This document shows, piece by piece, positions 11,600 through 24,001 of a stretch of 58,520 bases of DNA. The translations under genes were made by a program, and so were the position numbers. The stretch lies in NCBI GenBank assembly GCA_000388065.2, contig KB932203.1; one strand, given 5' to 3'. The notes beneath the pieces were generated by a model. It was not told the origin of the DNA. It ran no database searches and was given only the letters and a program-made list of their open reading frames with translations. Origin of the DNA: Fonticula alba ATCC 38817 (Eukaryota; Protista; Nucleariida). How positions within the stretch are numbered: position 1 is the first letter of the stretch; the number at the start of each line of letters is the position of its first letter.

Positions 11600-14500
11600 T
11601 CAGTGCTGCTGTCCGGCGATGTAGTCCTCCAGCAGAGACTCGAAAGGCTCGAACAGGCGGTCCAGCCAGGCCAGGGTGTCGGGATTCATGGCCTTGCGGT
11701 TGGTAGGCTCCTCCGAGTGGCTGGCCACCACGCGATTGCCCTCGACAAAGTTGAGCTTCCGGCGGAAGATCCAGTCGTCCCACTTGCCGGTCTGCGGGGC
11801 CTGGGCGACGATGGCCGACCGGGGTCCCCGCGAGATGGCGATGTCCTCCGCACCCGCAGGAGCATCCGCCTGGTCCTCGGGCGTGGTGTGATCGTCACCC
11901 CCGGCCGGGCCGTCGGGCAGCTGGCCCCCGGTCGAGGGGAAGGAGCTCCGGCGCTCGAGCCCAATGAAGTCGGTAATGCTGTCGAGGGCGGTGTCGACAT
12001 TGTCGAAGAGCTCTTCACTGCGAACGACGAGGATCTGCTCGGCCGGGAACTCCTTGCGCATGTTGCTGGGTTTTTTTTTTTTGCCCCCGCCCGCCGTCAA
12101 GCATGGGTACGTGTGTCAGCGGAAAGCCGAGAGGGCGAGGGGACGAGAGAGAGAGAAAGAGGGAGCGAGGCAGGGGGCGGGGACGAGGGGGCGCGCGGGA
12201 AGGAGCGCCCCGGAGGGCCCCATCCCGTGGGACCACACGCACTGGATCTGCGCGATGTAGATCGACCGGAGGATCAGCTGCAGGGCCCAGGGGGACACTT
12301 GGAGATCTGGAAGTCCGCGAGTGCGCGCGCGCGCGCGTGTGTCACATATGTCTCTGTCTGTCAGTAACCCGGAGAGGGGGGCGGGGGGGGGGGGCGGCGG
12401 ATGGCGGCGAGCGGGGGCCATCATGACCCGAGGATCGCGCAGCCATGCCGGCAGCAAGATGCATGTGTGCTTGGGCGTGCGGCCCACGTACCGGCCGCCT
12501 CTGTGGGGAGGAGTAAGCGCACGCGCATGGACAGGCCCCGCATGGTGAGAGAGCGCGTGGATAGAGGTGGTGATTGTCGGCACGCGCGGCAACGGGCGCG
12601 GCAGTGGGCACAGGCAAGTGAGGTTAGCACCAGCCAGCAGTCGGAACAGCGGCTGCCCCATGCCTGGGAGGGCGAGGGCCGCCACTGGCACTTTCCCCTC
12701 CCCCCTCCTGCCACCGAGCGGGAACTCCCCCACACATGGTGGCGAGCAGCCGGGTCAGGCATGCCCTCCCCTTGGCGCCGTTGCCCGGCCTGCGCTGGGC
12801 AGATGCCGCGCAGGGCACGCCTCCCCCGCCCCTTCCTCCACCGCGCATGGTGGCGGGGATGAATGCCCACCTGTGACGGCCACGTACCGGCGAGGATGGC
12901 CGTCTGGTGGCAGGCATAGATCCGGTCATAGGCCTCGAGGTAGGCGCGACCGCCCATGGTGCTGGCCATGTCCTGGCCGTAGAGCTCCTCGGCCACGGAA
13001 TTCTGGCACTTGACGATGACCGCATGCTCGCGGGCCAGGAGGGTCTCGAAGGCGGGGAACACCGGGGCCAAGGGGCGGCGGTCGCCCTGGCGCGTGGCGG
13101 CCTGCCGGTGCACCGACCGCGAAGCATCGCCCGGGCGCGTGAGAATCTTCTGTCAGTGGGTTTTTTCCCCCCATGCAAGGCCATCTTCGTGTGTGAGCAA
13201 CAGGTCGGCCAGCAGCAAGCACGCGAGTCAAGGTCCCCGGCAGGGCCCTCTCGAGCCGGGCCGGGCCGGGCCGGGCCGGGCCGGGCGGCCCACCCCCGGC
13301 CACCCCTCTGCACCGGCGGCGCGGGGGCTCTGCACGTCGCAAGGGCAAAGCACAGCAGCAGATGGGCATACACACGCACCGGCGGAGCAGCCCGGACCTC
13401 GGCGATGGGCAAGCCTTGGCGGTCGGCATCCGACATGGCCGGCAGGTCGATCACGGCGAGGGCCTCATCCCGGCGGAAGCGCCGCTTCGGGGGCTTCTCC
13501 TGGCTGTTCTTGCGGCTGCGCCGGGCCAATTGGTACATGTGGTTCTTCTGGGCGTGGTGGTAGTGGGAGTAGGCACGCTCGGCCGGGTCGCGGACCAGGG
13601 CGATAAGCTGGAGCCCCTCCCCCCGTGTGCAGGAGGCCCGGCGGCAGGGAACCCCGCGGCATGTGATGCACCGGGCGTCGGGGCATGGCCAAGGGCAGGC
13701 GCACGCCCGGGGCCGAGACAAGGTCCGGGACCGGGGGGGGGGGGGGGGGCAGGCGGGGGTAGGAGGCAAAAGCAGCGGTCAGGCCGAGGGCTGGGCAGGA
13801 GCGGGGCGGGCGGCGCGCGTGGCGGCTGGCATGGCGAAGCCCGACGCACCTTGACATCGGGCAAGACGGCGCGAATGCGCGCCGGGACCTCCGGGCGGTA
13901 CATGTACCCGGGGGTGGCCTCGCCGGTGACATAGCCGACGGTCTTCTCGCGGCCATGCTGGGCATCGTGCAGCAGGGTGGCCTCATCCGGCTGGCAGGGG
14001 AAGAACTTCTCATAGCGCTGGCGGACTTCCTGCAGCTGGGCCGGGGTCATTTGGTGGATGTCCGCCGGCTTGGCCGGCGAGCCGTCCCACATGATGGCGC
14101 GGCCCACCTCCTCGGTGATGAACTGCCCGGTGGCCGGGTTGATGGCCGACTCGCCGGAGGGCGGCCGGAGGCCCTGGTGCAGCCGGTGCCCCAGGCCGCC
14201 GAGGCGCGGCCAGTGCCGGGCCGAGTCGAAGAAGCGCAGCTCCTTGGTGCGCAGGGCGCTGCCCGGGGTGAGGGCCGACTCGCCGGTGGCCTCGGCCTCG
14301 GTGGCGGCCTGGTACATGGGGTCGGAGGTTTGCCAGGTGGGCAGGCGGCCGGCGGCCGGGCGGTCGCCGGCATGGGGCTCATCGGTGCCGGGGCCGGCTG
14401 CTTCGGCCAGAGCCGGGCTGCCGCTGCCGGGGGCGCGCCGCGACCCGGGGCCACCCCCGAAGAAGGGGAAGGTCGGGCGCGAGGGCTTCGGGATGACGGC

Positions 14501-15592
14501 CGTCAGGCCGAAGGGCAGGCGCAAGACATAGAAATGCGGCTCCGGCTCCGGGTCCGGGACCGGGTCCACCAGCTCGCCCATGCCGTCCGGGCCGTCGTCC
14601 TCGTCGTCCACGGTGCCGGCCTCGAGCGGCGACGCAGGCAGGCCGCCCTGGCCCGGGTCCGGGCTGGCGTCCAGATCCAGGCTGAAGTGCGGCTCGACGG
14701 CCGGGCGGATGTGCGGCCGGCCGCCGGGCTCCTGCTGATGCATGGTGATGGTTTCCACCTGGCCATCCTCCGGGGTGATGGCCGGCAGGTGGTCGCCGCC
14801 GGGGCCGGCGGCTCCGTGGGGGTTCGGCAGGCCGATGATTTGCGGATGCGTGCGCAGGTAGGCATAGAGGCTGGTGGTGCCGGCCTTCTGGGCCCCGACC
14901 ACGATGAAGGACGGCCGCATTCGGGGGCAGTTGGCCGCCGGCCGCCGCGGGGGCCCGGTGCCGGAGTAGCCCGGCCGCCGGGGCGGCGGCCTGGTGTGGC
15001 CGGTGGCCGGCCGCTGGCCGGCCTTGCCCGAGGGCTGGAAGCTGTTGCTGGCGCCGATGAGGGCCGCCCCGGCCGCGAGGGCCAGCACCAAGACCAGGGT
15101 CGCCGCGGCGATGGCCACCTTCGAGCGAGTGGAGCACCGGCTGCCGGGCCCGGCGCCGGGGCCTCCATGAGCCCCGGCCCCCGGCAGGAGGCCCAGCGAA
15201 TCGTCATCACCATCGCCGGTGTCGGCTCCGCCGCCGCCGCCGGCCAGGGCCCCACGGGCCAGGGCCTTCTCCGCGTCGAGCAGGGAATTGGCATCGGACC
15301 CGGCAGGGTCGCCGCCCATCGGGGCCGCACCGCCGGCTTCCATGTCCACCGAGGCCAGGGAGCCCATGGAGCTGCGGCCGGAGATGGGCAGATCGTCCGT
15401 GCTGTCGGCCGAGTCGTCGGCCGGCAGACCCAGCGTGTCGACTCGGACCATGACCGCCGAGGGGCCTGGCAGGTGGCCGGGTGCCGGGCTCAGCGGCTGC
15501 GACTGGTCGCCGCTGGCGTAGTCCGACCGATCGTGGTGATCACCCAGCAGCGGCTGGCCGAGGTGATCGTCGGAGCGTGTCCGAGGCGACAT
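11600..15592 (-). CDS. Type II membrane PAPS-dependent sulfotransferase (heparan sulfate 3-O-sulfotransferase / NDST sulfotransferase-domain-like), 5 exons, ~914 aa
   Basis: Exons 15592-13850, 13607-13398, 13149-12888, 12306-12243, 12065-11600 join in phase (2745 nt). 5'-PSB PSFIVVGAQKAGTTSLYAYLRTHPQI; KELRFFD; GEATPGYMY; 3'-PB LIALVRDPAERAYSHY; ILRSIYIAQIHNMRKEFPAEQILVVRSEELF; C-terminal MNPDTLAWLDRLFEPF. One hydrophobic segment KVAIAAATLVLVLALAAGAALIGA precedes the catalytic domain. Confidence 0.86.
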
Positions 15593-16996
15593 GCCTGCGT
15601 GCTGCGACGCCTGAGCGGGCGGGCAAAGCCAGGGGAAGAGGGGGAGGGCGGGCCGGGCGGAGGGGTATGATGGTGCCTGTGTGGCTCCGTGCGTGCGCGT
15701 GTGTGTGTACGAGCGCGTGCGTGTGTGGGTGTGTGTGGGTGTGCGTGCGTGCGCGGGTGCCGGCCGGCGGGATCGCGGGCTTTGCGGGCGGGAGGGCGCA
15801 AGACAGGCACGAGGCTACGCAGCAAGGGGGGCGACCGCGCGAGTGGGCAGCTCGGGATGCATGCGCGACAAGGGGACGGGATACCGGGCGACAGGGGGGA
15901 ATGCGCGAGAGGGGAGGAGAGGTTTATGGGCATCGGCTCGAGGCGACCGCATGGCTGGCTGGGGCCGCATAAAAAGCCCGCGATCCCGGTTGGCCGGTGC
16001 CGACGCGCGTGCACGCATGCACGCAGGCACCGGCGGCCGAGCGCCGTGCCCAGCCTGGCGCCGGGGCTGGCCCCGCCGCCGGTGCCTCCAGGGCCGTTTG
16101 GTCCCCGGCCGGCAAGCCCGATCGTGGGCGTGCTCGTGGGCATGTGGACCGGGCCTGGGGCCACTTGCGCCGATCGTGCCCGCGCCGATGTAGGGCTCTG
16201 CCTGCGCCGCGGCAGGGCGGGACGGGGCCTAGGGCGGGCACCGTGTTAAGGAGGCCCGATGCCGGTGGAGCTCGGCCCCGGGCCGCCGCGTGTCGGGGTG
16301 CTCCCGGGCAACGGCCGCCTGGACCCACCGGCCCATGGTGTCTCGGGTGGGCCGCGGCCGTGAGGGCGGTCTTTTGCTGTGGGAGGAGTGCCCGCGCACC
16401 GGCGACAATCCCCTATCTACGATAGGATGCCGGGCCTGCCCCCAGGCCTCGCTCGACCGGGTATCACCCCGCTGTTAGGGCGATGATACTCCCCGTTGAT
16501 TTGTTTGGTATGGCCGGGTGTGCGGCCGGGCGGTCCTCCCCAGGCCGGCCCGCCAACTAAAGGCCCCCGCGCCCCTCCCCCTGCACGCCTCTCGGCCCTG
16601 TTCGGGGCCGCTCGACCGGCTGGGCCTTGCGCGCCCCGGTGTCTCGAGCCCCGGCCGGAGCACCCTTCAACTTTGGCAGGTCCCCCCCCCCTCCCCTGCC
16701 CGGCCTCACCGCCGCAAATGCACCGGTACATGAACATACACATCCTGGGGCATGGGCCCGAGCATGGAGGGGCACGGGCACACGGGCTGGGCTTTCGCTG
16801 GCGTGCTCATGAATTCCGTCGATCACCGTGGAAAGCCGCCCGATTACAGGTGCGGCCGGAGGGGGCGCGAGCGGGGGCCAATCCAGCTCCCATCACCGTG
16901 CTATCGGCGGCGGGACATTCGGAAGTTAAGGACCGCGCGGCTCCTGCCGGCCCGACGCAAAGTGCCGATGGCGGCGACGGCTCCGGGGGGGGGGGG

Positions 16997-17521
16997 NNNN
17001 NNNNNNNNNNNNNNNNNNNNNNNNNNNNNNNNNNNNNNNNNNNNNNNNNNNNNNNNNNNNNNNNNNNNNNNNNNNNNNNNNNNNNNNNNNNNNNNNNNNN
17101 NNNNNNNNNNNNNNNNNNNNNNNNNNNNNNNNNNNNNNNNNNNNNNNNNNNNNNNNNNNNNNNNNNNNNNNNNNNNNNNNNNNNNNNNNNNNNNNNNNNN
17201 NNNNNNNNNNNNNNNNNNNNNNNNNNNNNNNNNNNNNNNNNNNNNNNNNNNNNNNNNNNNNNNNNNNNNNNNNNNNNNNNNNNNNNNNNNNNNNNNNNNN
17301 NNNNNNNNNNNNNNNNNNNNNNNNNNNNNNNNNNNNNNNNNNNNNNNNNNNNNNNNNNNNNNNNNNNNNNNNNNNNNNNNNNNNNNNNNNNNNNNNNNNN
17401 NNNNNNNNNNNNNNNNNNNNNNNNNNNNNNNNNNNNNNNNNNNNNNNNNNNNNNNNNNNNNNNNNNNNNNNNNNNNNNNNNNNNNNNNNNNNNNNNNNNN
17501 NNNNNNNNNNNNNNNNNNNNN
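16997..17521. other. Assembly gap (N run) flanked by poly-G
   Basis: N characters in the sequence. Confidence 0.99.
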
Positions 17522-18219
17522 GGGGGGGGGGGGGGGTGAAGAGGGGTAAAAATGAGTCGGCATTGCACAGGGCCAGGATGCCGGCTTCCGGGAGCCAGCC
17601 GCACCTTCGCTTGAAGGCCAGGTGCCTCTCGTGGGAGTGCATCCCCGCATGGGTCTACCTTGTGACAGGAAGAAGATGGGCGCCCCCGGACACATCTCCC
17701 TTCCGCGCCGCCGATGAGTCGGCACCCGTGGCGAGGCGGGCTACGAAGGCCCGGGCGCAGGCAGCCGGGGGTAGCGCGGGTCGAGCGGGTGCCTTTTCCC
17801 CCCTTCCTTTCGGCACCCTACCTGAATGTGCCTTCCAGTGGCCAGTCCCTCCCCTCCCCTCACTGCACTGGCCCTCGCCCTGCCTGATCCTTTCCCCTGC
17901 TACTTGCCGCACTCCTCGCCCCGCTGGGTCGCCCTCCCCGAGTCGCCAAGCACCTCCCCCCTCTTCTGTGCACCCGCCTCATAGCACGTCTAGCTGCACG
18001 CCTGAAGGAATTGCAGGCCACTTGTGCGCCTGTTCACACGCGCAGACACACACACACACACACACGAGCACGCCCCAAATCGCGCACCAGGACGCACAAA
18101 CCCACACTCAAGCACTGGCGCCTCCGCTCGAGGCCACGCAGGCTGTCTTGGAAAGCAGCCGTCTCCTGCCCATCACCCCGCAAGTTGTGTCCCCCCCTGC
18201 CGGCCGAGGCGCGCCCACC

Positions 18220-18696
18220 ATGTGCTCCCGGTCCAATGGCGCCTATGTGGCGCAGCAGCTTGGTACCCAAGCGCGACTCGGGCTGGTCAGCTCGAATGCC
18301 CTGAACTTCGGCGAGGGTGTCTCGGATTTGGATGCCGACCTCAACATCTTGCTCTTTCAGACATCGCCGGATGAGAGGGCCCTGTGTCTTGGCGATGACG
18401 AGGGCACGTGCACCTCGACCGATGGGTATTCCACCCCGATGGCTCCGGCCGAGGAGGCAGACCTCTCTCGCTCGGCTGTCGCCACATTCAGTGCCGGTAC
18501 GTGTGCCCTCTCGCCCCCGCTCGCCCCCTTCCGTGTGTATGTCCATGTCAGCCAGCCAGCCAGTCAGCCAGCCAGCCAGTCAGCCAGCCAGCCAGTCAGC
18601 CAGTCAGCCAGTCAGCCGGAGTGCTTCCGGTTCGTCGATTTCGCCCGCGCGGAGGAGCGGCACGTCGCCCGGCGTCTCGAAGGTACCCTCCTTCAG
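18220..18696 (+). CDS. Candidate orphan coding exons of unknown function (3' end not traced)
   Basis: CCACCATG start at 18220; 92-codon exon ending at G|GTACGT (18497); second GC3-rich segment ECFRFVDFARAEERHVARRLEGTLLQ ending at CAG|GTGCGT (18697). No recognisable domain. Confidence 0.3.
18549..18616. repeat. (CAGC/CAGT)n tetranucleotide array
   Basis: Seen directly; reads as GGCT/GACT units on the minus strand. Confidence 0.9.
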
Positions 18697-21600
18697 GTGC
18701 GTCCTGTGCCCAGGCACCGGGCTCGGTGGCGAGATCGGCGGGTCTCGCCTGCCGATCCGGTTTCCTTGCCCTGCCATAAGCCGGTCCTCCCCCCTGCGGG
18801 GGCGAGGGTCTTGTCCCCCACCCGCCGGGTGCCCGACCTGTCCCGCGCGGCAGAGCATCCCCTTCCCCGCGCGACCGCCCGAGCCGGAATGGCTTTCTCC
18901 TCGGACCCGGGGCCAGGCGGGGGCTGTAAGCCCGTGAGAAAAATAAACCCGGGAAGGTGCGGGGCCAGATATTGCGGGGGCTCCTTTCGGCCGCACGCGC
19001 ACACACATACACACACGGGCGTCGGTTCGCGCACGCGCTCACGCTCCCCACGCCAGCATGCGGGTGTGTGTGTGGGGGGGGGCGGAGGCTCGGCCCCGTC
19101 TCCAGGGCAGGCCGCGGCATGCGCCCATCCGAAGGATGGGTGTGCGCCGGGCGTCATCTGAAGGCAGGGCGGGGGGGGGGGGGGGGGGTTGGCCCGTGCC
19201 GGGGATGTCCCACCGCGGCCGATGAGGGGCTGAAGTGCCAATGTTCTGATTGTGGTGTTTGCTTTTCGGCCCGTTCCCCAGCCCCGGGCGCGCCACCCAG
19301 GCGTCTGGCTGTTGAATGTCCGAAACGGGAGCGCCCCGCGCACGAGAGGCATCTGGGACACGGCGGTGGCAGTCGCCTGACCGTGCCCGTATTTGGTGCT
19401 GGGGAGAGACAGGTGGCGGAGACAGCCCCCGGCCCCCCCCGCCGCCCGTGCGCCCGGAGCAGGCTAACTCGGCGCGATGGGCAGAGCCAAGTTTCTCTGC
19501 CATCTGCCCGGGCGTTTGGACCGGGGCCTCGAAGGAGCGGCCGGGCCGAATGACGCGGCTTGTCATTGGCAGGCCGGCCGGCGGCCATCCGCAAGTAGAA
19601 GGTGGACATCTCCCCCGGTGGGAGGAGGCCGCTGAGGGGGATGTCGGCCGGGCGGGTGGGGCCCCTGGGATGCTGGCCCCGGGGCCGTTGGTCCACGCTT
19701 CGCCACCCCCCGGCGCCCGAGGGAGAATGACGCGAATGATGTCCCACACCTGGGTGGCCTGGGATGGTCGGTGGCCAGCGGCCTGTGTGTGCGTGTGTCC
19801 GCGCGTGTGCATGTGTCTGCACGTGTGCGTGTGTGTGTGTGTGTGGGGGGGGGGGGGGGGCGGGAACCCGGAAAAGAGGGTGGCGGCTTTTGATCGAGGG
19901 TTTCCCCCTGCCTCTGGGGCAATTTATCGCCGAAGCCCAGGTGTCGCGCTGGCCAAACACACGGGTGTCGCTGACCGGCCAGCGGGGCGCCGGGGAACAT
20001 TCCTCCGGCGGCCGGGGGCGGGGCCGGCAAAGGGGCGGCGAGGGGGCGCCCAGCCAGCCGGCAGATCACCGGCAGGCCGATGCCCGGGGGCCCGGAGCTT
20101 GCGGGTGCATTCCTCGGGAGGGACAAAAATAGAATGGGCAGGTGTTTGCTTGGGCCCCGACGGACACCTACCAGGTGCCCTGGGCTCCGGGGGTCGGGAG
20201 GGGACGACGTGGCGGGCAACCCTCCCCCGAGGTGGGCCGGCGTCTGGGGGCGGGAGGGCCGGAGGGGGGGGGGGGGGGNNNNNNNNNNNNNNNNNNNNNN
20301 NNNNNNNNNNNNNNNNNNNNNNNNNNNNNNNNNNNNNNNNNNNNNNNNNNNNNNNNNNNNNNNNNNNNNNNNNNNNNNNNNNNNNNNNNNNNNNNNNNNN
20401 NNNNNNNNNNNNNNNNNNNNNNNNNNNNNNNNNNNNNGGTGGTGGTGCTGGTGCATCAACCAGCACAATGGCGCCCCTTTCACATGGGCTCCCGGCGGCT
20501 GTGTCCATGTCGCGGCGGGTGTCGCAAGTCCTGCGAGGATGGTCGGATGCATGGCGCGAAAGCGGCGAGGGGAGGGGGGGGGGCGAGCGGGGACGGGCCG
20601 CGGCGAGCAGGGGGGCCGCAATGCAGACGGGCGGGCTGCCGTGTTGGTGGGACCCGGCTGGCAGGCGTCCTCCCCAGGGGGGCACTTGGTTCCCAGCCAG
20701 GCGGGACAACGGGCCCGGTGGGGTTAGGGGGAGGCCTGGCTCGGGCATTGAATGTACCTCCAGAGCGGCCGAGTGTCCGGCCGGGGCCGATGGCCGGCGT
20801 TTGGTGTACGACATTCGGTGTCGCGACCCGCGCGAGGACCAGGGGCCTAGGACATGTGCCGCGGGAGATTAATTGCGCCCGACACACTCCGTCCCACCGG
20901 GGCGGAGGGGAGTGGGGGGGGGGGGGGGGGCGGGGGGGGGGGGGGGGGAAGGGAGGGAGGGAGGTGAGCACGTGTCGTCGGACAGGGCCGGGGGACGGGT
21001 GCAGGCAGGACTGGGCGGGAGGTGGGACTTGAAGGGGGGTGGGAGCGGCGCGGCCGGGGACAACGCGCCGCCCGGCAGCAGGGCTAATGGCTCATTTTTC
21101 AGCTGGCTCACCACCCAGTGGGGGGGGGGGGGGGGCGCCTCAAGGGTGCTATGTGGGTGTGTTGTGGGCCGAGCGGCACCTTTCCCGCATCCGGAGCAGA
21201 CGCCGCCAGTGAAACCCCCCTCGCGGCTCGGCAGGTCCGGCGGAGATGGCCAGAGGGATTTCAGCCTCGGGCCAATGGGGTGGGCTGGCCGGCCCGGCCA
21301 GCCTCCCCCTCCTTCCCCGAGAAGGGCCACGCTGTGGGCAATGTATGGCGCGCGTCCGGGCACGCTTGGTCCCGTCGATACCCCGGGCCCGGTGCTTCCG
21401 GGAATGGTTGAGAAGCGAGACACATTGCTCCCTTGGGGACATGGCCCAGTCAGCATGCGCGGATCACAATTCTCGCTCCCCCCCTCCTCCTGCCCCCCGG
21501 GTGTGCCTTTCAATCCGGAGGGCGTGGCTCCTTGTCTATTCGGTGGCAGGGCTCCGGTTGGCCGACGTCCTAGCTAGGGTTGTATCTTCGACCTAGGATG

Positions 21601-22641
21601 CCTGCCTTGCGCCCGTCCTCCCTTCCTGCCTCCCTCCCTCCCTCCCTCCCTCTCTCTCTCTCTCGGTCTCTTCCTCGGTCTCTGGCTGCCGCCCCCCCCC
21701 TGCGCCCGGGCCCGCCTGCAGGGGAGGCTCCGGGCGGATCCGAGGCCGAGGTGCGATTGGATTTAACTTCGCCCGCCTCCCCGGCTGGCAGGCCGCCGGC
21801 CCTCCGGGCGGGGAAAACCGCCCAGCCGCACAATCTGGTCGGGAGCCCCCTCTCGGCGGCCCCCACCCCCAGGAGAATGGATGCATGTGCGTGCATGTGC
21901 ATTGGTTACCCCCGCCCTGCCCCTTCGCCCTCCGAGGCAACCTGCCGGGTCATCCTTTTGGGCTGGGCTTCATTCGGGCCAAACCACCGGGAAACCCGGT
22001 GCCCTCGAGAGGGGGGGGGGGGCTCGGGTTTCCCCCTCCCCTGGGATCCGATGACCGTGGTGTTGGAGGGGCCGGCGGGGTGCCGGCACCTGGGCCGCGC
22101 TGCGCCGCCTCGCGTCTGCCTGTGTGCCAGGCCCGCCCGGCGGCAGATGGGACTGATGTTGCTCCTCGGTCGGCCATCCCCCGGCCTCGTTTCGGATTCG
22201 CCGACCCAGCTGCAAGGAGATCGGGCGGGGCGCGAGGCAAAGGGAACGGAGGAAAGCCGAGCGGGGGTCGATGATGGGGGGCGGGGNNNNNNNNNNNNNN
22301 NNNNNNNNNNNNNNNNNNNNNNNNNNNNNNNNNNNNNNNNNNNNNNNNNNNNNNNNNNNNNNNNNNNNNNNNNNNNNNNNNNNNNNNNNNNNNNNNNNNN
22401 NNNNNNNNNNNNNNNNNNNNNNNNNNNNNNNNNNNNNNNNNNNNNNCAGTCCCTTCTCCGTCTCGCGGACGAGCGTATGCACCTGGCCAGCCATGCCGTG
22501 TGAAGGTGCACATGCGTGCCTGTCACGAGCAAGGGGCCGCCGCGCGGTGCGGTTCATCCCCCATACCCCCCCTCCACCCGACATGGTGTCTTTAACTTCT
22601 CCCCACCAACTCCTGTGTGCATGTGTGTGCATGTATATGTA

Positions 22642-22673
<32 letters not shown>

Positions 22674-23964
22674 GGACCATTGCTCATGCCCATAGATGCC
22701 GTCCTTGGCCGAACGGCCCACGCGCCTGCCCTCCCCCAACCCCCACCACCACGACACACTCAAACATGCACAAACACCATGATGCTCCTGGCAGCATGCT
22801 TCACCCCGCGTGCCGGCACAGGCACCCAGTGGGACTCTCTGGCGCCCGGGGGCGACGGGCCGCTCGGGACCGGCAGCAGGGCCCAGGGCAAGGGCACGCA
22901 CGAGGGCAGGCACGATAACGCCCCCGGGCCTGCTCTCGCGTGGTGATTTGGCCGGCCGGCCCTGGCGCGCCCTGGAGCCCCCTCACACAGGACGCCTGCC
23001 GGGGGAAGTTGCACGGGGGTAAGGGCGCGCCCGTGTCCGCTTGCAGTCCCCTGCCGCGTGCGGGCGCGAGCGCCAGCGAGCGCGCACTCGCTGCCGGCCG
23101 CGCCACGTCGATGACAATGCACCCCGGTCGATTGCCATGGGGGGGGCGGGGGGGGGCAACACCCCCGGCCCCTGCTGGCGGCGGGGCCCGCGCCGCGTGC
23201 CGGCCCTCCTCGGCGCCGGGCTCGGGCCGGCACCCATGTCCCATGCGCCGGCCAGCGACTGGGCCCATAGCACCGGCGGCCTGGATGGGCGCATCCGCGC
23301 CCCCCTCGGGCGGGCCGGCACCTGCGCGTGCTGCCCCTCCCCCCCCCCCCCCCCCCCTCCCCGCCCGGTCGCGGGAGCATGTCTCCGCGGGGACACTCAC
23401 TGGCCCCGGGCCTTGCCCACTGCTCCGCGCGCCATCCACCTCGCCGCTCAACTTGTCCGCGGCTCGGCCGGCGCCCCCCGTGTCCCGGGGGGTATGGGGG
23501 GGGGAGGGGCGGGCGGGGAGGGAGACCAGCAGCGGCTCCTCAACAGGGGTCCAATTTAAACCCGGCAGCTAATCTCGGCTCGAACGGCCCTATGCAGGGA
23601 AGTTGCATGTGGGGCGCCGCGCGGACCCGTGCTCGGGACCGGCCTGCCCCCCGTCCTCCGGTCGCGCGCGCCTAGAACCGGCGTCCGGGTGAGCGGACGC
23701 GTACGTTTCCCTCGCTCCGCGGTGTGCGTCCCTCGGCCGAATGTCCCCCAGCTCCGGTCCGCCTGACCGCCCCCCCCCCCTGGCTTGGAGCACGGCGGCC
23801 GGTGGCGATGCACAGGGTTTGGGAGGAAGGCAGGCGAGGGCGCGGCCTCGAGATCTTTGTTCCTGCGAGGAAGCTACATCGACCGACGGCTTGCCGCGTC
23901 AGTGGCAGCAACAGCGGCCGGCGGAAAAGACCGCGCGGGTGCTCCCCGGCATTGGTATATGACC

Positions 23965-24001
<37 letters not shown>

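Noticed and set aside
16470-16520. GATGAT-containing AT-richer patch as a C/D box snoRNA
   Set aside because: No exact C box, no properly placed CTGA D box, and no terminal stem.
20438-20551. Short minus-strand ORF MHPTILAGLATPAATW...HQHHH running into a gap
   Set aside because: Too short, no motif or splice support; cannot be judged across the gap.
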